A stretch of DNA of 64,000 bases from Actinomycetota bacterium (lineage in GTDB: Bacteria > Actinomycetota > Thermoleophilia > Gaiellales > Gaiellaceae). Numbering within the stretch: position 1 is the stretch's first letter; each line of letters starts with the position of its first letter. Made by a program: the position numbers and the translations under genes. The stretch spans positions 1,300 through 65,299 of the forward strand of contig JBKOYJ010000028.1 of assembly GCA_046725345.1 (NCBI GenBank), given 5' to 3'. Below are positions 1-9,034 of the stretch, in pieces. The notes beneath the pieces are model-generated. The model did no database searches and was not told the DNA's origin. It worked only from the letters and a program-made list of their open reading frames with translations.

Positions 1-723
1 AGCCGCTACGACCCCGACCCGCTGCGGTACTACCTGATGGCGGCCGGGCCTGAGCAGCAGGACACCGACTTCAGGTGGGCGGAGTTCGTCAGGCGGAACA
101 ACGACGAGCTGCTCGCGAACTGGGGAAATCTGGTCAACCGCACGCTCAAGATCACCCATGACAACTTCGGCGCCGTCCCGGAGCCCGGCGAGCTCGGTGC
201 CGACGACCGCGCGCTGATCGCGGCGATCGACGGCGGCTTCGGCTCCGTCGGGGATCTGATCGAGACGGCGCGCTTCAAGGCCGCCCTGGCGGAGGCGATG
301 CGGCTCGCCTCGCAGGTGAACCAGTACGTGAACGACCAGGAGCCGTGGGCGCTCGTGAAGCGCGATCGCGCTCGGGCCGCGACGGTCCTGTACGCCTGCC
401 TGCGCTGCGTCGACAGCCTGAAAACCATGTTCACGCCCTTCCTGCCCTTCAGCTCCCAGACCGTGCACGAGCTGCTCGGGTACGACGGCTACCTCGCGGG
501 GCCGCTCGAGTTCAGGGACGTGCACGAGGACGCCGAGTCGCACGTCGTGCTCACGGGCGACTACGCCTCGTGGGTCGGCCGCTGGGCACCGAGCGAGCTC
601 TCTTCGGGGCAGGCGCTGCGCGAGCCACGCCCGCTGTTCCGAAAGCTGCCGCCGGAGCTCGTCGAGGAGGAGGTGGCGCGGATGGACCCGAACCGCCCCT
701 CGCCCGAGCCGGCGCCCGCGTGA
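1..723 (+). CDS. metG: Methionine--tRNA ligase, C-terminal part (5' end outside window)
   Basis: Frame 1 is open from nt 1 ([26 protein letters not shown]...[10 protein letters not shown]), which matches the class I MetRS anticodon-binding region. Stop TGA at 721-723. Confidence 0.85.
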   Translation, partial: SRYDPDPLRYYLMAAGPEQQDTDFRWAEFVRRNNDELLANWGNLVNRTLKITHDNFGAVPEPGELGADDRALIAAIDGGFGSVGDLIETARFKAALAEAMRLASQVNQYVNDQEPWALVKRDRARAATVLYACLRCVDSLKTMFTPFLPFSSQTVHELLGYDGYLAGPLEFRDVHEDAESHVVLTGDYASWVGRWAPSELSSGQALREPRPLFRKLPPELVEEEVARMDPNRPSPEPAPA

Positions 724-1466
724 TCGACACGCACGCGCACCTCGACGCGTGCGCCGATGCGCCCGAGGCCCTGCTCGAGCGCGCGGGCCGGGCAGGCGTG
801 GGGCGAGTGCTCGTCGTCGGCACCGGGATCGAGTCGAGCCGGGCGGCGCTCTCGCTTGCCGGGCGGCACGAAGGCGTCTTCGCGATCGTCGGCGTGCATC
901 CCCACGAGGCGGGCGGGCCGGACGCCGAGCGGCTCGACGAGCTCCGTTCGCTCCTCGCGGAGCCGGGCGCTGTCGCTGTCGGCGAGACGGGGCTCGACTT
1001 CTACCGCGACTACGCGCCCCGGGATCGCCAGCGCGCGGTCTTCCGTGCCGAGCTCGAGCTCGCCCGCGAGCTCGACCTGCCGGTGGTCATCCACACGCGG
1101 GCGGCCGACGACGAGACCGCGGCCGCGCTCGCGGGGTTCGACGGCACGGTCGTCCTTCACTGCTTCTCGTCGCCCCGGCTCCTCGACGTAGCGCTCGAGC
1201 GCGGCTACTACGTCTCGTTCGCCGGCAACGTCACCTATAAGAACGCCTACGACCTTCGCGCCGCCGCGCGCGCCGTTCCGAGTGACCGGATCCTGGCCGA
1301 GACCGACTCCCCATACCTCTCTCCGGAGCCGCGCCGAGGCCGTCCCAACGAGCCCGCGAACGTGGTCCACACGCTCGCCGCGCTGGCGCAGGCGCGCAGC
1401 GAGGACGCACGCGAGCTCGAGCAGCGGATCGACGTCAACGCCGCAAGGGCGTTCGGGCTCCCGTGA
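720..1466 (+). CDS. TatD family metal-dependent hydrolase/DNase
   Basis: GTG at 720 overlaps the metG stop (GTGA). VIDTHAHLD...[10 protein letters not shown]...VIHTR...ETDSPYL are the TatD signature motifs. The upstream part of ORF 345..1466 overlaps metG in another frame and is Arg-rich. Confidence 0.85.
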   Translation: MIDTHAHLDACADAPEALLERAGRAGVGRVLVVGTGIESSRAALSLAGRHEGVFAIVGVHPHEAGGPDAERLDELRSLLAEPGAVAVGETGLDFYRDYAPRDRQRAVFRAELELARELDLPVVIHTRAADDETAAALAGFDGTVVLHCFSSPRLLDVALERGYYVSFAGNVTYKNAYDLRAAARAVPSDRILAETDSPYLSPEPRRGRPNEPANVVHTLAALAQARSEDARELEQRIDVNAARAFGLP

Positions 1467-2239
1467 TGGTCGTTCCGAAGAAGGAGCTCGGCCAGCACTT
1501 TCTCGTCGACCAGAACATCCTCGGCGTGATCGAGCGCCTCGCGGCGCTGGAGCCTGAGGACGTCGTGCTCGAGGTGGGCCCGGGCCTCGGCATCCTGACG
1601 TCCTACCTCGCAGAGCGCGTGGCGCACGTGCACGCGATCGAGCTCGACCGCTCGCTCGAGCCGCACCTCCGCGAGCGCGTCGGAGGGCGCGGGAGCTTCG
1701 ACCTCGTCCACGCCGACGCGCTCCGGGTCGATCTCTCGGCGTTGCGGCCCGCGCCGTCGAAGCTCGTCTCCAACCTGCCGTACAACATCGCGACGCCGCT
1801 CATCGTCGAGAGCCTCGACGGCGCCCCGAGCATCGAGCTGTGGTGCGTCATGGTCCAGCGCGAGGTCGCCGACCGCCTGTTCGCGGCGCCTGCGACGAAG
1901 GCCTACGGCGCCGTGTCGGTGCTCGTCCAGCTCGCCGCCGAGCGCACCGGCTTCCACCCCGTCTCTCGTAACGTCTTCCAGCCGCGTCCGAACGTGGACT
2001 CGGCCCTCGTCGCCTTCCGTCGGACGCCGTTGCCTTCCGGCTTTCGCGACGTGAAGCGCGTGGTCGAAGGCGCGTTCTCGCACCGCCGCAAGACGCTCTC
2101 GAACTCGCTCGCGCTCGCGGGCGTGGCGTCCCGGGACGAGGCGGCTGCGGCGCTCGCGAGGGTCGGGCGCCCCGCGTCGGCCCGGGCGGAGCAGCTCGCG
2201 CCGCCGGAGTTCCTCGCGCTTGCGCGCTCGCTCGCGTGA
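1463..2239 (+). CDS. rsmA: 16S rRNA (adenine1518/1519-N6)-dimethyltransferase
   Basis: KKELGQHFLVDQNIL...VLEVGPGLGILT...SNLPYNIATP...FSHRRK is typical KsgA/RsmA. The start overlaps the tatD stop. Confidence 0.9.
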   Translation: MMVVPKKELGQHFLVDQNILGVIERLAALEPEDVVLEVGPGLGILTSYLAERVAHVHAIELDRSLEPHLRERVGGRGSFDLVHADALRVDLSALRPAPSKLVSNLPYNIATPLIVESLDGAPSIELWCVMVQREVADRLFAAPATKAYGAVSVLVQLAAERTGFHPVSRNVFQPRPNVDSALVAFRRTPLPSGFRDVKRVVEGAFSHRRKTLSNSLALAGVASRDEAAAALARVGRPASARAEQLAPPEFLALARSLA

Positions 2240-3054
2240 TCCGGGCGCCTGCGTGCGCCAAGCTCAATCTCGCCCTCGTCGTCGGTGAGCGCAGGAGCGA
2301 CGGCAAGCACGAGCTCACGACGGTGCTCCAGCGTCTCGACCTCGCCGACCGGATCGCCGTCGAGCGGGCGTCGCGGCTGGATGTCCGCGGCTTCGCCCCC
2401 GACACGCTCGTCCGGCAGGCGCTGACAATGCTGGCGGAGGCCGGCAGCGTCGACCCGCGCTGGCGCGTGACGATCTCCAAGCGGCTGCCGGTGGCAGCCG
2501 GCCTCGGCGGCGGCAGCTCCGACGCCGCGACTGCGCTCCGGCTCGCGAATGCGACGCTGGACGAGCCGCTACCGAGCGAGCGCCTGCATGCGCTGGCGGC
2601 GGCGCTCGGGGCGGACGTGCCATTCTTCCTCGTCCAGGGGCCGCAGCTCGCCGAGGGAGACGGCACCGAGCTGTCGCCTGTCGACCTGCCGCAGGACTTC
2701 TGGGTCGTGGTCGTCGTGCCGCACGACGTCCACAAGCCGTCGACGGCGGCCGTCTACGGCGACTTCGACGAACGGAACGGGGCGGACGGCTACGCGCAGC
2801 GCCGCGCGAGCGTGTTGGGTGCACTCCAGGGCATTCGGCGGCCCCGCGATCTGGCCGCGCTGCCTCCGAACGACCTCGCGTCATCGGCGCTCGCCGACGA
2901 GCTCCGTGCGGCCGGGGCGTTCCGTGCCGACGTGAGCGGCGCGGGGCCGGCGGTCTACGGGCTCTTCGGCCGGCGAGCCGACGCAGACGCCGCACGGCGC
3001 GCGTTCGCCGCTCGGGGGCAGACCTGGACGTCGATACCCGCGTGGTACGGTTGA
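2236..3054 (+). CDS. ispE: 4-diphosphocytidyl-2-C-methyl-D-erythritol kinase
   Basis: APAKLNLAL-type N-terminus (APACAKLNLALVVGERRSDGKHEL) and the GHMP kinase motif PVAAGLGGGSSDAA. The rsmA-ispE adjacency is classical. Confidence 0.9.
   Translation: MIRAPACAKLNLALVVGERRSDGKHELTTVLQRLDLADRIAVERASRLDVRGFAPDTLVRQALTMLAEAGSVDPRWRVTISKRLPVAAGLGGGSSDAATALRLANATLDEPLPSERLHALAAALGADVPFFLVQGPQLAEGDGTELSPVDLPQDFWVVVVVPHDVHKPSTAAVYGDFDERNGADGYAQRRASVLGALQGIRRPRDLAALPPNDLASSALADELRAAGAFRADVSGAGPAVYGLFGRRADADAARRAFAARGQTWTSIPAWYG
3046..3051 (+). promoter_or_regulatory. -10-like hexamer TACGGT, 6 nt upstream of GTG 3058 (possible leaderless promoter)
   Basis: TANNNT hexamer lying inside the ispE 3' end. 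Same geometry as at several other genes in the window. Confidence 0.25.
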
Positions 3055-3057
3055 TCG

Positions 3058-3411
3058 GTGGAATACCCGGTCGTTGAGCACCGCCGCTCGCGTCCGGCTC
3101 GATGGCTGCGCGAGCACCGAATTTGGATCGCGATCTGGGTCGCGGTCGCCGAGGGTGTCCTCGTCGTCTTCGACCAGATCTCAAAATGGGTCGCGCTCGC
3201 GGTCGCCGCAGCGGTGCTCGCCTTCTACGCGCTCGTGGCGCGCAACCTCCGCAACGACGTCGGCCGGCAGGTGAGCTGGATCGCCGCGCTCTCCCAGGTG
3301 TTCGTCGCGATGGTTCCGGTGCTGGTATTCGTCATCGGCCTCTTCACGCTCATCGTCGTCGGCATCCTCGCGGTCATCGCGCTGGTCCTGCTGTTCGCGG
3401 ACAGGCGCTGA
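3058..3411 (+). CDS. Small integral membrane protein, function unknown
   Basis: 117 aa with three hydrophobic helices (IWIAIWVAVAEGVLVV, WVALAVAAAVLAFYALV, VLVFVIGLFTLIVVGILAVIALVLL). No family recognised. Confidence 0.5.
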   Translation: MEYPVVEHRRSRPARWLREHRIWIAIWVAVAEGVLVVFDQISKWVALAVAAAVLAFYALVARNLRNDVGRQVSWIAALSQVFVAMVPVLVFVIGLFTLIVVGILAVIALVLLFADRR

Positions 3412-3445
3412 CGGCCCTTCTAGACTTTCTGTCGGAATCACGTAC

Positions 3446-3519
3446 TGGGGCGTAGCCAAGTGGTAAGGCAGCGGGTTTTGGTCCCGCGATCCCAGGTTCG
3501 AATCCTGGCGCCCCAGCCA
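3446..3519 (+). tRNA. tRNA-Gln (anticodon UUG), CCA encoded
   Basis: Cloverleaf read by hand. Acceptor TGGGGCG/CGCCCCA; anticodon stem GCGGG/CCCGC with loop TTTTGGT (anticodon TTG); T arm CCAGG-TTCGAAT-CCTGG; 3' GCCA. Very similar to E. coli tRNA-Gln. Confidence 0.9.
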
Positions 3520-3525
3520 CCTGCG

Positions 3526-3563
3526 CCGCAAGATGCGACGCGCTTACGCGACGCATCTTGCGG
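3526..3563 (+). terminator. Strong hairpin immediately 3' of tRNA-Gln (no U tract)
   Basis: ccgcaagatgcg...cgcatcttgcgg form a 12 bp stem. An inner cgcg/cgcg pairing surrounds loop ctta. Confidence 0.4.
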
Positions 3564-3569
3564 CGGTAA

Positions 3570-4934
3570 GTGAAACGGATAACGCCAGCGAAGATGACAG
3601 GGGAAAATCGTCTTGCAGCAGTGGTAATGGCCGGCGGGCTCGGAACGCGGATGCGGTCGGCGACGCCCAAGCATCTTCATCCGCTGCTCGGCCGGCGCAT
3701 GGTCGACTGGGCGGTCGACGCGGTGCGGGCGCTGCGACCGGATCCGCTCGTGGTCGTCTGCTCGCCGGAGGCCGAGCAGCCGCTCTCGGGCTCGCTCGAC
3801 GGGGTGCTTCTCGCCGTCCAACGCAAGGCGCGGGGAACGGGCGACGCCGTCGCGGCGGCCCGTGACTCGCTCGGTGTCTTCGACGGTGACGTGCTCGTCG
3901 TTCCCGGCGACGGCCCGCTGCTGACGCCGCGGCTGCTCGAAGAGGTCGTCGCGACGCACCGGCGCGAGCGGCCTGCGCTGACGATGGTGACGGTCGAGCC
4001 CGAGACGCCGCGGGCGTACGGCCGCGTGCTCCGGAGCGCGACCGGAGACGTCGAAGCCATCGTCGAAGCGAGCGACGCCACGGCCGAGCAGCTCGCGATC
4101 CGGGAGTTGAACGCCTCGATCTACGTCTTCGCGGCCCGTGACCTATGGGGTGCGCTCGACCGTCTCGACGCGAGGAACGCGCAGGGCGAGCTGTACCTGA
4201 CCGATGCGGTCGCCGCGCTCGCGGCGAGCGGCCGGCCGGTGGCGACGTATCGGGCGGACGACGCCTCGGAGGCCGACGGCGTGAACACGCGAACGGAGCT
4301 CGCCGAGGCGGCCGCCGTGCTTCGCGACCGCATCAACGCCGAGCACATGGAGGCGGGCGTGACGATCGTGGATCCGGCGACGACGTGGATCGACGCGGGC
4401 GTCGAGCTCGAGGCCGACGCCGTGATCGAGCCGTTCACCGTGCTCCGCGGCCGGACGCGCGTCGCGCGCGGCGCGGTGATCGGACCGCACACGGTCGTCG
4501 TCGACGCGAACGTCGGCGCGGGGGCGACCGTCGGACCGTTCTGTTACGTTCGGCCCGGAACGGTGCTGGAGGCAGGCGTGAAGGCAGGCACGTTCGTGGA
4601 GATCAAGAACTCCCGGATCGGGGAAGGCACGAAGGTGCCGCATCTCTCGTACATCGGCGACGCCGAGATCGGGGAGGGATCGAACATCGCCGCAGGCAAC
4701 GTCACCGCGAACGTGCGCCACGAGTCCGGGCCGAAGCAGCGCACGAAGATTGGGCGCAACGTCAAGACGGGGATTCACGATTCCTTCGTGGCGCCGGTCG
4801 AGATCGGCGACGGCGCCTGGATCGCGCCCGGCTCGGTGATCACCGAAGACGTGCCCCCCGACTCGCTGGCGGGGTTTCCGCCACGGCAGGAGACCAAGGA
4901 GGGATACGTGCGTGGCAGACGGCGTCGCCACTGA
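3570..4934 (+). CDS. glmU: Bifunctional UDP-N-acetylglucosamine diphosphorylase / glucosamine-1-phosphate N-acetyltransferase
   Basis: N-terminal AAVVMAGGLGTRMRSATPKHLHPLLG nucleotidyltransferase motif and C-terminal left-handed beta-helix hexapeptide repeats (IGEGTKVPHLSYIGDAEIGEGSNIAAG). The start could be the ATG at 3594. Confidence 0.9.
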   Translation: MKRITPAKMTGENRLAAVVMAGGLGTRMRSATPKHLHPLLGRRMVDWAVDAVRALRPDPLVVVCSPEAEQPLSGSLDGVLLAVQRKARGTGDAVAAARDSLGVFDGDVLVVPGDGPLLTPRLLEEVVATHRRERPALTMVTVEPETPRAYGRVLRSATGDVEAIVEASDATAEQLAIRELNASIYVFAARDLWGALDRLDARNAQGELYLTDAVAALAASGRPVATYRADDASEADGVNTRTELAEAAAVLRDRINAEHMEAGVTIVDPATTWIDAGVELEADAVIEPFTVLRGRTRVARGAVIGPHTVVVDANVGAGATVGPFCYVRPGTVLEAGVKAGTFVEIKNSRIGEGTKVPHLSYIGDAEIGEGSNIAAGNVTANVRHESGPKQRTKIGRNVKTGIHDSFVAPVEIGDGAWIAPGSVITEDVPPDSLAGFPPRQETKEGYVRGRRRRH

Positions 4935-5973
4935 GATTCCGCTTCCTGGCCTCGAGACACCCCCCGTCGTCACGGAGCCCACGATCGGCCACTGGCGGGA
5001 GCACGCGCCGCAGAAGCGGCTCATGCTGTTCTCCGGCCGCTCGCACCGCGACCTTGCGGAGCGGATCGGCGAGAAGCTCGGCGTCGAGCTGGGCGAGATC
5101 ACGCTGAAGACGTTCGCCGACGGCGAGACCTACTGCCGCTACGAGGAGTCGATCCGCGGCGCAGACCTCTTCCTCGTCCAGACCGGATGCGAGCCGGTCG
5201 ACCGGAACCTGATGGAGCTCCTGATCATGATCCAGGCCGCGAAGCTGGCTTCGGCGAAGCGGATCACCGCCGTCATCCCGTGGTACCCGTATTCGCGGCA
5301 GGACAAGAAATCGGCGCCCCGCGAGCCGATCACGGGCAAGCTCGTCGCCGACTTCCTGCACACGTCGGGCGTCGACCGCGTGCTCACGATGGATCTTCAC
5401 GCGGGCCAGATTCAGGGCTTCTTCACGATTCCGGTCGACCACATGACGGCGCTACCGCTGTTTTCGCAGTATTTCCGGGACCGCGGCCTCGCAGGCGATG
5501 GCGTCGTGTCCGTGGCCCCCGATGCGGGCCGAGCGAAGATGGGGGTGAAGTTCAGCCAGATGCTGGAGGGCGACTTCGCGATCATGCACAAGACTCGCCC
5601 CGGGCACGACGTCGCCCAGGTCACTGAGGTCACGGGGCGCGTCCGCGGCAAGATCGCGATCGTCGGCGACGACATCATCACGACCGGCGGAACGTTGATC
5701 TCCGGCGCGCGCGCGCTCAAGGACGCCGGCGCGACCGAGGTGCATCTCTTCGCGACACACGGACTGTTCGTCCGCGACGCGCTCGAGCGGCTGGGAGAGG
5801 CTGACGAGGTCGACAGCATCACCGTCACGGATACCGTTCCGGTCGATCTGCTGAAGCAGCCTCAGAAGGTGACCGTCCTGTCGGTGTCCGGCCTCTTGGC
5901 CGAGACGATCTGGAACGTCTTCTCGGACGAGTCCGTGTCCGCGATCTTCGCGGGCGAGAACCAGCTGTTCTAA
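4912..5973 (+). CDS. prs: Ribose-phosphate diphosphokinase
   Basis: LMLFSGRSHRDLAERIGEKLGV...ADGETYCRYEESIRG...DLHAGQIQGFF...IVGDDIITTGGTL are Prs motifs. GTG 4912 overlaps the glmU end; the ATG at 5023 is an alternative start. Confidence 0.9.
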   Translation: MADGVATEIPLPGLETPPVVTEPTIGHWREHAPQKRLMLFSGRSHRDLAERIGEKLGVELGEITLKTFADGETYCRYEESIRGADLFLVQTGCEPVDRNLMELLIMIQAAKLASAKRITAVIPWYPYSRQDKKSAPREPITGKLVADFLHTSGVDRVLTMDLHAGQIQGFFTIPVDHMTALPLFSQYFRDRGLAGDGVVSVAPDAGRAKMGVKFSQMLEGDFAIMHKTRPGHDVAQVTEVTGRVRGKIAIVGDDIITTGGTLISGARALKDAGATEVHLFATHGLFVRDALERLGEADEVDSITVTDTVPVDLLKQPQKVTVLSVSGLLAETIWNVFSDESVSAIFAGENQLF

Positions 5974-5999
5974 CGGCGTCCGCGGCCGCCGGGCTGCGT

Positions 6000-6005
6000 T
6001 ACGGT
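6000..6005 (+). promoter_or_regulatory. -10-like hexamer TACGGT, 6 nt upstream of ATG 6012
   Basis: TANNNT hexamer in the prs-epimerase intergenic region. No Shine-Dalgarno sequence lies between it and the ATG. Confidence 0.3.
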
Positions 6006-6011
6006 TCGCGG

Positions 6012-7361
6012 ATGGCCGAGTCGGCCGATCGAGCCGCCCTCGAGCCGGCCGTCGCCGATCAGCCCGCGCCTCCGTTCGCGGAGGACGAGCGCGAGCGCCT
6101 CTGCGGCGAGCTCGAAGCCGACCTGCGCCGCCACGTCATCGACGCGTGGTTCCCGCGCTGCGTCGACCATGAGCGCGGCGGGTTCTTGTGCGACTTCGAC
6201 CGCCGCTGGCGGGCCCACGGCCCCCAGCGTCGGATGCTGGAGTTCCAAGCCAGGCAGACCCGAACCGCGGCCGAGCTCGCTGTGGCGTTCCCAGCCGACG
6301 GCCGCTGGGCTGAGCTTGCGCTGCACGGCTTCCGGTACCTGCGCGAGCACATGTGGGACCGCGAGCACGGCGGTTGGTACTGGCTCCTCGACGCCTCCGG
6401 GACCCCGCTCCACCGGGCCACGAAGCACGCCCACGGAACCGCCTACGCGATCGGCTCGTGCAGCTCCGTCTTCCGCGCGACCGGCGAGCGCGCCGCGCTC
6501 GAGCTCGCGCTCGAGGGCGCCGAGTGGATCGAGCAGAAGCACCTCGACGAGGAGCACGGTGGCTACGACGGCTGGGTGACGCGGGAAGGACGGAAGATCC
6601 TCTCCGCGGATGCGGCAGGAGGACTCGCCGAACCCCTTGGCGGCCCGCTCGACGAGAAGAACGTCAACGTCCACGGCGACGTCGCACATGCCTTCTCCCT
6701 GCTCGCCGACGTCCACCGAGACGCTGGAGTCGAACGGCGTGCGGCCGCCGCCTGGGACACCCTCATCCGCCGGTTCGTGCTCGCAGACGGGGCCGTGCAG
6801 TACTCCTTCACGCGCGAGTGGAATGTCCTGCCCGAGCTCGAGCGGTTCGGCTACCCGCTCCAGATCGGACATCGCGTCCTTCAGGCGCGGAAGTTGCTGC
6901 TCGCGGCCGGTCACGATCCCATCGCGCTTGCCGGTGCGCTCGTTGGTCACGGGGTCGAACGAGGGTGGCGTGAGCCCGGAGGCATCGTCTACGCCGGGCC
7001 GGCGCGCCCGCCCGATGCAATCGAAGGCGAGCCCGTCTTCCTCTCCCGACGCAGCTGGTGGGTCCAGGCCGAAGGGCTCCACGCGTCGCTCGTCCTGAGC
7101 GCTGCACGGCCGTCGGATGGGCTGTTGCGGCAGCGCTTTCTCGACCTGCACCGGTTCGTTCGCCGTGAGCTGCTCGACCACAGGTACGGAGGCTGGCTGC
7201 AGTTCTCCCGCCACGGCGAGGCCCGGCGCGCCCGTGTCGGGCGTTTGCTCCGCCGGTCGCCTCGCAAAGGCGACGTATGGACCGACGCGTCGCACCAGAC
7301 GGACATGTATCTCGCGTGCCTCCGCACGTTGCGCGGCATCCCCGCCGACGCGCCGCTCTGA
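6012..7361 (+). CDS. AGE-family (N-acylglucosamine 2-epimerase-like) sugar epimerase/isomerase
   Basis: HERGGFLCDFDRRW...LEFQARQT...HMWDREHGGWYWLLDASGTPL...KHAHGTAYAI...DEEHGGY are repeated (alpha/alpha)6-barrel motifs typical of AGE/cellobiose-2-epimerase proteins. Confidence 0.8.
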   Translation: MAESADRAALEPAVADQPAPPFAEDERERLCGELEADLRRHVIDAWFPRCVDHERGGFLCDFDRRWRAHGPQRRMLEFQARQTRTAAELAVAFPADGRWAELALHGFRYLREHMWDREHGGWYWLLDASGTPLHRATKHAHGTAYAIGSCSSVFRATGERAALELALEGAEWIEQKHLDEEHGGYDGWVTREGRKILSADAAGGLAEPLGGPLDEKNVNVHGDVAHAFSLLADVHRDAGVERRAAAAWDTLIRRFVLADGAVQYSFTREWNVLPELERFGYPLQIGHRVLQARKLLLAAGHDPIALAGALVGHGVERGWREPGGIVYAGPARPPDAIEGEPVFLSRRSWWVQAEGLHASLVLSAARPSDGLLRQRFLDLHRFVRRELLDHRYGGWLQFSRHGEARRARVGRLLRRSPRKGDVWTDASHQTDMYLACLRTLRGIPADAPL

Positions 7362-7369
7362 GCGCCGCG

Positions 7370-8512
7370 GTGCTCGAACGGCTGCGCTTCGAGGCCGACG
7401 CCGAGAAGCTCGCGCGCGAGCGAGGGTGGGTGGTTCGCGCGTCGACGCCGGCGCGCTCGAACCGCGTCGACGTCTCGCGCACCTCCGCGGCCGGGGTGGC
7501 GGCGATGCTCGCCGCGGTCGGCCACCATCTCGACGAGCACCAGGCCGCGACGAAGCGCGGGAAGTCGGCCGCAGACGTCGAGCGCTACTACAGGGCTCTG
7601 CACTCGGTGACCCGCTACGAGACGCCGTCCACGTTCACGTGTGAGCTGCCCGACGCGCTCATCGCGGGCGACCAGGGGATCGTCGTCTCGGCCGAAGGCG
7701 ACGTCCTCGTGCAGTCGTCGCTCTACGGCGGCGCCCGTGGCGCGCGTGTCGCGCTCGCGCTCGAGGCCGACGCCGTCCGCTCACCGCAGAGGCTCGCCGG
7801 CAAGTACGTGTCACTCGTCTCGTTCGACGCCGGCAACTACGCCCACTGGCTGCTCGACTGCCTTCCGCGGCTGGATCTGCTCTCCCCGGACGACAGCAGC
7901 TGGAGCGTGCTCGTTCCCCAGGACGTCCGGCCCTTCCAGCTGGAGTCGCTGCGGCTCCTCGGGATCGCGGACGAGCGGATCGTGGCGATGCCGGCGGGCG
8001 CGATCCGGGTCGAGTCGCTGCTGTTCGCCCGCGTCGCCGGACGCACGACGCGCCCGGCGCCCGAGCATCTGCTGGCGATCCGGCGGCGGCTGCTCGACGG
8101 CGCTGGAGCCGGCGGCGAAGGCGGCGACCGCCGGCTCTACGTCTCCCGCGGCGGCGCGTCACGCGCCGTCGTCGACGAGGCGCGGCTCGCGCCAGCACTC
8201 GAGGCCCATGGCTTCGAGCAGATCCATCCGGAGACGCTCCCGCTCGCCGAGCAGATCAGGACGTTCGCCGGCGCGCGAGCGGTGCTCGGCCCTCACGGGG
8301 CGGGCATGCACAACCACCTGTTCGCGCCGGCGGGCGCCGACGTGATCGAGCTCTTCGGCCGTGGCTACCTGTATCTCACAGTGCAACGAGCCGTCGCGAT
8401 CGCCGGCCAGCGGCACTGGCACCTGTTTGGCGAACCGGCCGGCGAGGAGTACGCGACCCGCGTCGATCCGGCCGAGCTGCTCGACCTCCTGGCCCTCGTC
8501 TTCGACGTCTGA
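7370..8512 (+). CDS. Glycosyltransferase family 61 / DUF563 protein
   Basis: YAHWLLDCLPRLDLL...LYVSRGGASRAVVDEARL...GFEQIHPETLPLAEQIRTFAGARAVLGPHGAGMHNHLF is the characteristic DUF563 (GT61) C-terminal pattern. The start is taken at the first GTG after the upstream stop and is uncertain. Confidence 0.75.
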   Translation: MLERLRFEADAEKLARERGWVVRASTPARSNRVDVSRTSAAGVAAMLAAVGHHLDEHQAATKRGKSAADVERYYRALHSVTRYETPSTFTCELPDALIAGDQGIVVSAEGDVLVQSSLYGGARGARVALALEADAVRSPQRLAGKYVSLVSFDAGNYAHWLLDCLPRLDLLSPDDSSWSVLVPQDVRPFQLESLRLLGIADERIVAMPAGAIRVESLLFARVAGRTTRPAPEHLLAIRRRLLDGAGAGGEGGDRRLYVSRGGASRAVVDEARLAPALEAHGFEQIHPETLPLAEQIRTFAGARAVLGPHGAGMHNHLFAPAGADVIELFGRGYLYLTVQRAVAIAGQRHWHLFGEPAGEEYATRVDPAELLDLLALVFDV

Positions 8513-8587
8513 CGCCTCTGAGGGCGCACTTCGAGCGACGCTGCCGCTTGCCGTCTGACTGCACGGACGCCAAGATGACGTCCTTCG

Positions 8588-9034
8588 ATGTCGTCGCCGA
8601 CCGCTGAGAGCCGCTTTCGAAGCCATCCGCGCGTCGTCCACGAGACCATCGAGGGAGAAGTCATCCTGATCCAGATCGAGACGGGCTACTACTACAGCCT
8701 CGGGGGCTCGGGAGCACGGATCTGGCGGCTCCTGGAGCAGGGGCGCTCGCTCGAGGAGGTCGCAGCCGCGCTCGAGCGGACGCACGGGGGAAGCCCAGAG
8801 ATCCGCCCGGCGGTCGCGCGGCTGATCGAAGAGCTCCAGAACGAGACGTTGCTCGAGCCGGCCACGGCTCGGCCCGACGTGTCGGTCGGCGGCGACGACA
8901 CCGAGGCGTCCGAGGTCGCGGGGTCCTTCGTCCCGCCGCTGCTCGAGCGGTACGAGGACATGCAGGACTTCCTGCTCGTGGATCCGATCCACGAGGTCGA
9001 CGACTCGGGCTGGCCCAACAAGAAGACGGCTTGA
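8588..9034 (+). CDS. PqqD-family protein (RiPP recognition element fold) with a ~55 aa acidic C-terminal extension
   Basis: RVVHETIEGEVILIQIETGYYYSLGGSGARIWRLLEQGRSLEEVAAALERTHGGSPEIRPAVARLIEELQNETLL matches the PqqD pattern (beta strands, then a helical bundle). Confidence 0.75.
   Translation: MSSPTAESRFRSHPRVVHETIEGEVILIQIETGYYYSLGGSGARIWRLLEQGRSLEEVAAALERTHGGSPEIRPAVARLIEELQNETLLEPATARPDVSVGGDDTEASEVAGSFVPPLLERYEDMQDFLLVDPIHEVDDSGWPNKKTA

Noticed and set aside
8575-8607. 10-codon ORF (MTSFDVVADR) just upstream of and overlapping the PqqD start, considered as a possible precursor peptide
   Set aside because: Too short, with no SD or leader/core features, and it overlaps the PqqD initiation codon. 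It is more likely chance or at most a uORF. No other convincing small ORF was found by eye in 8513..8587 or 15388..15495.
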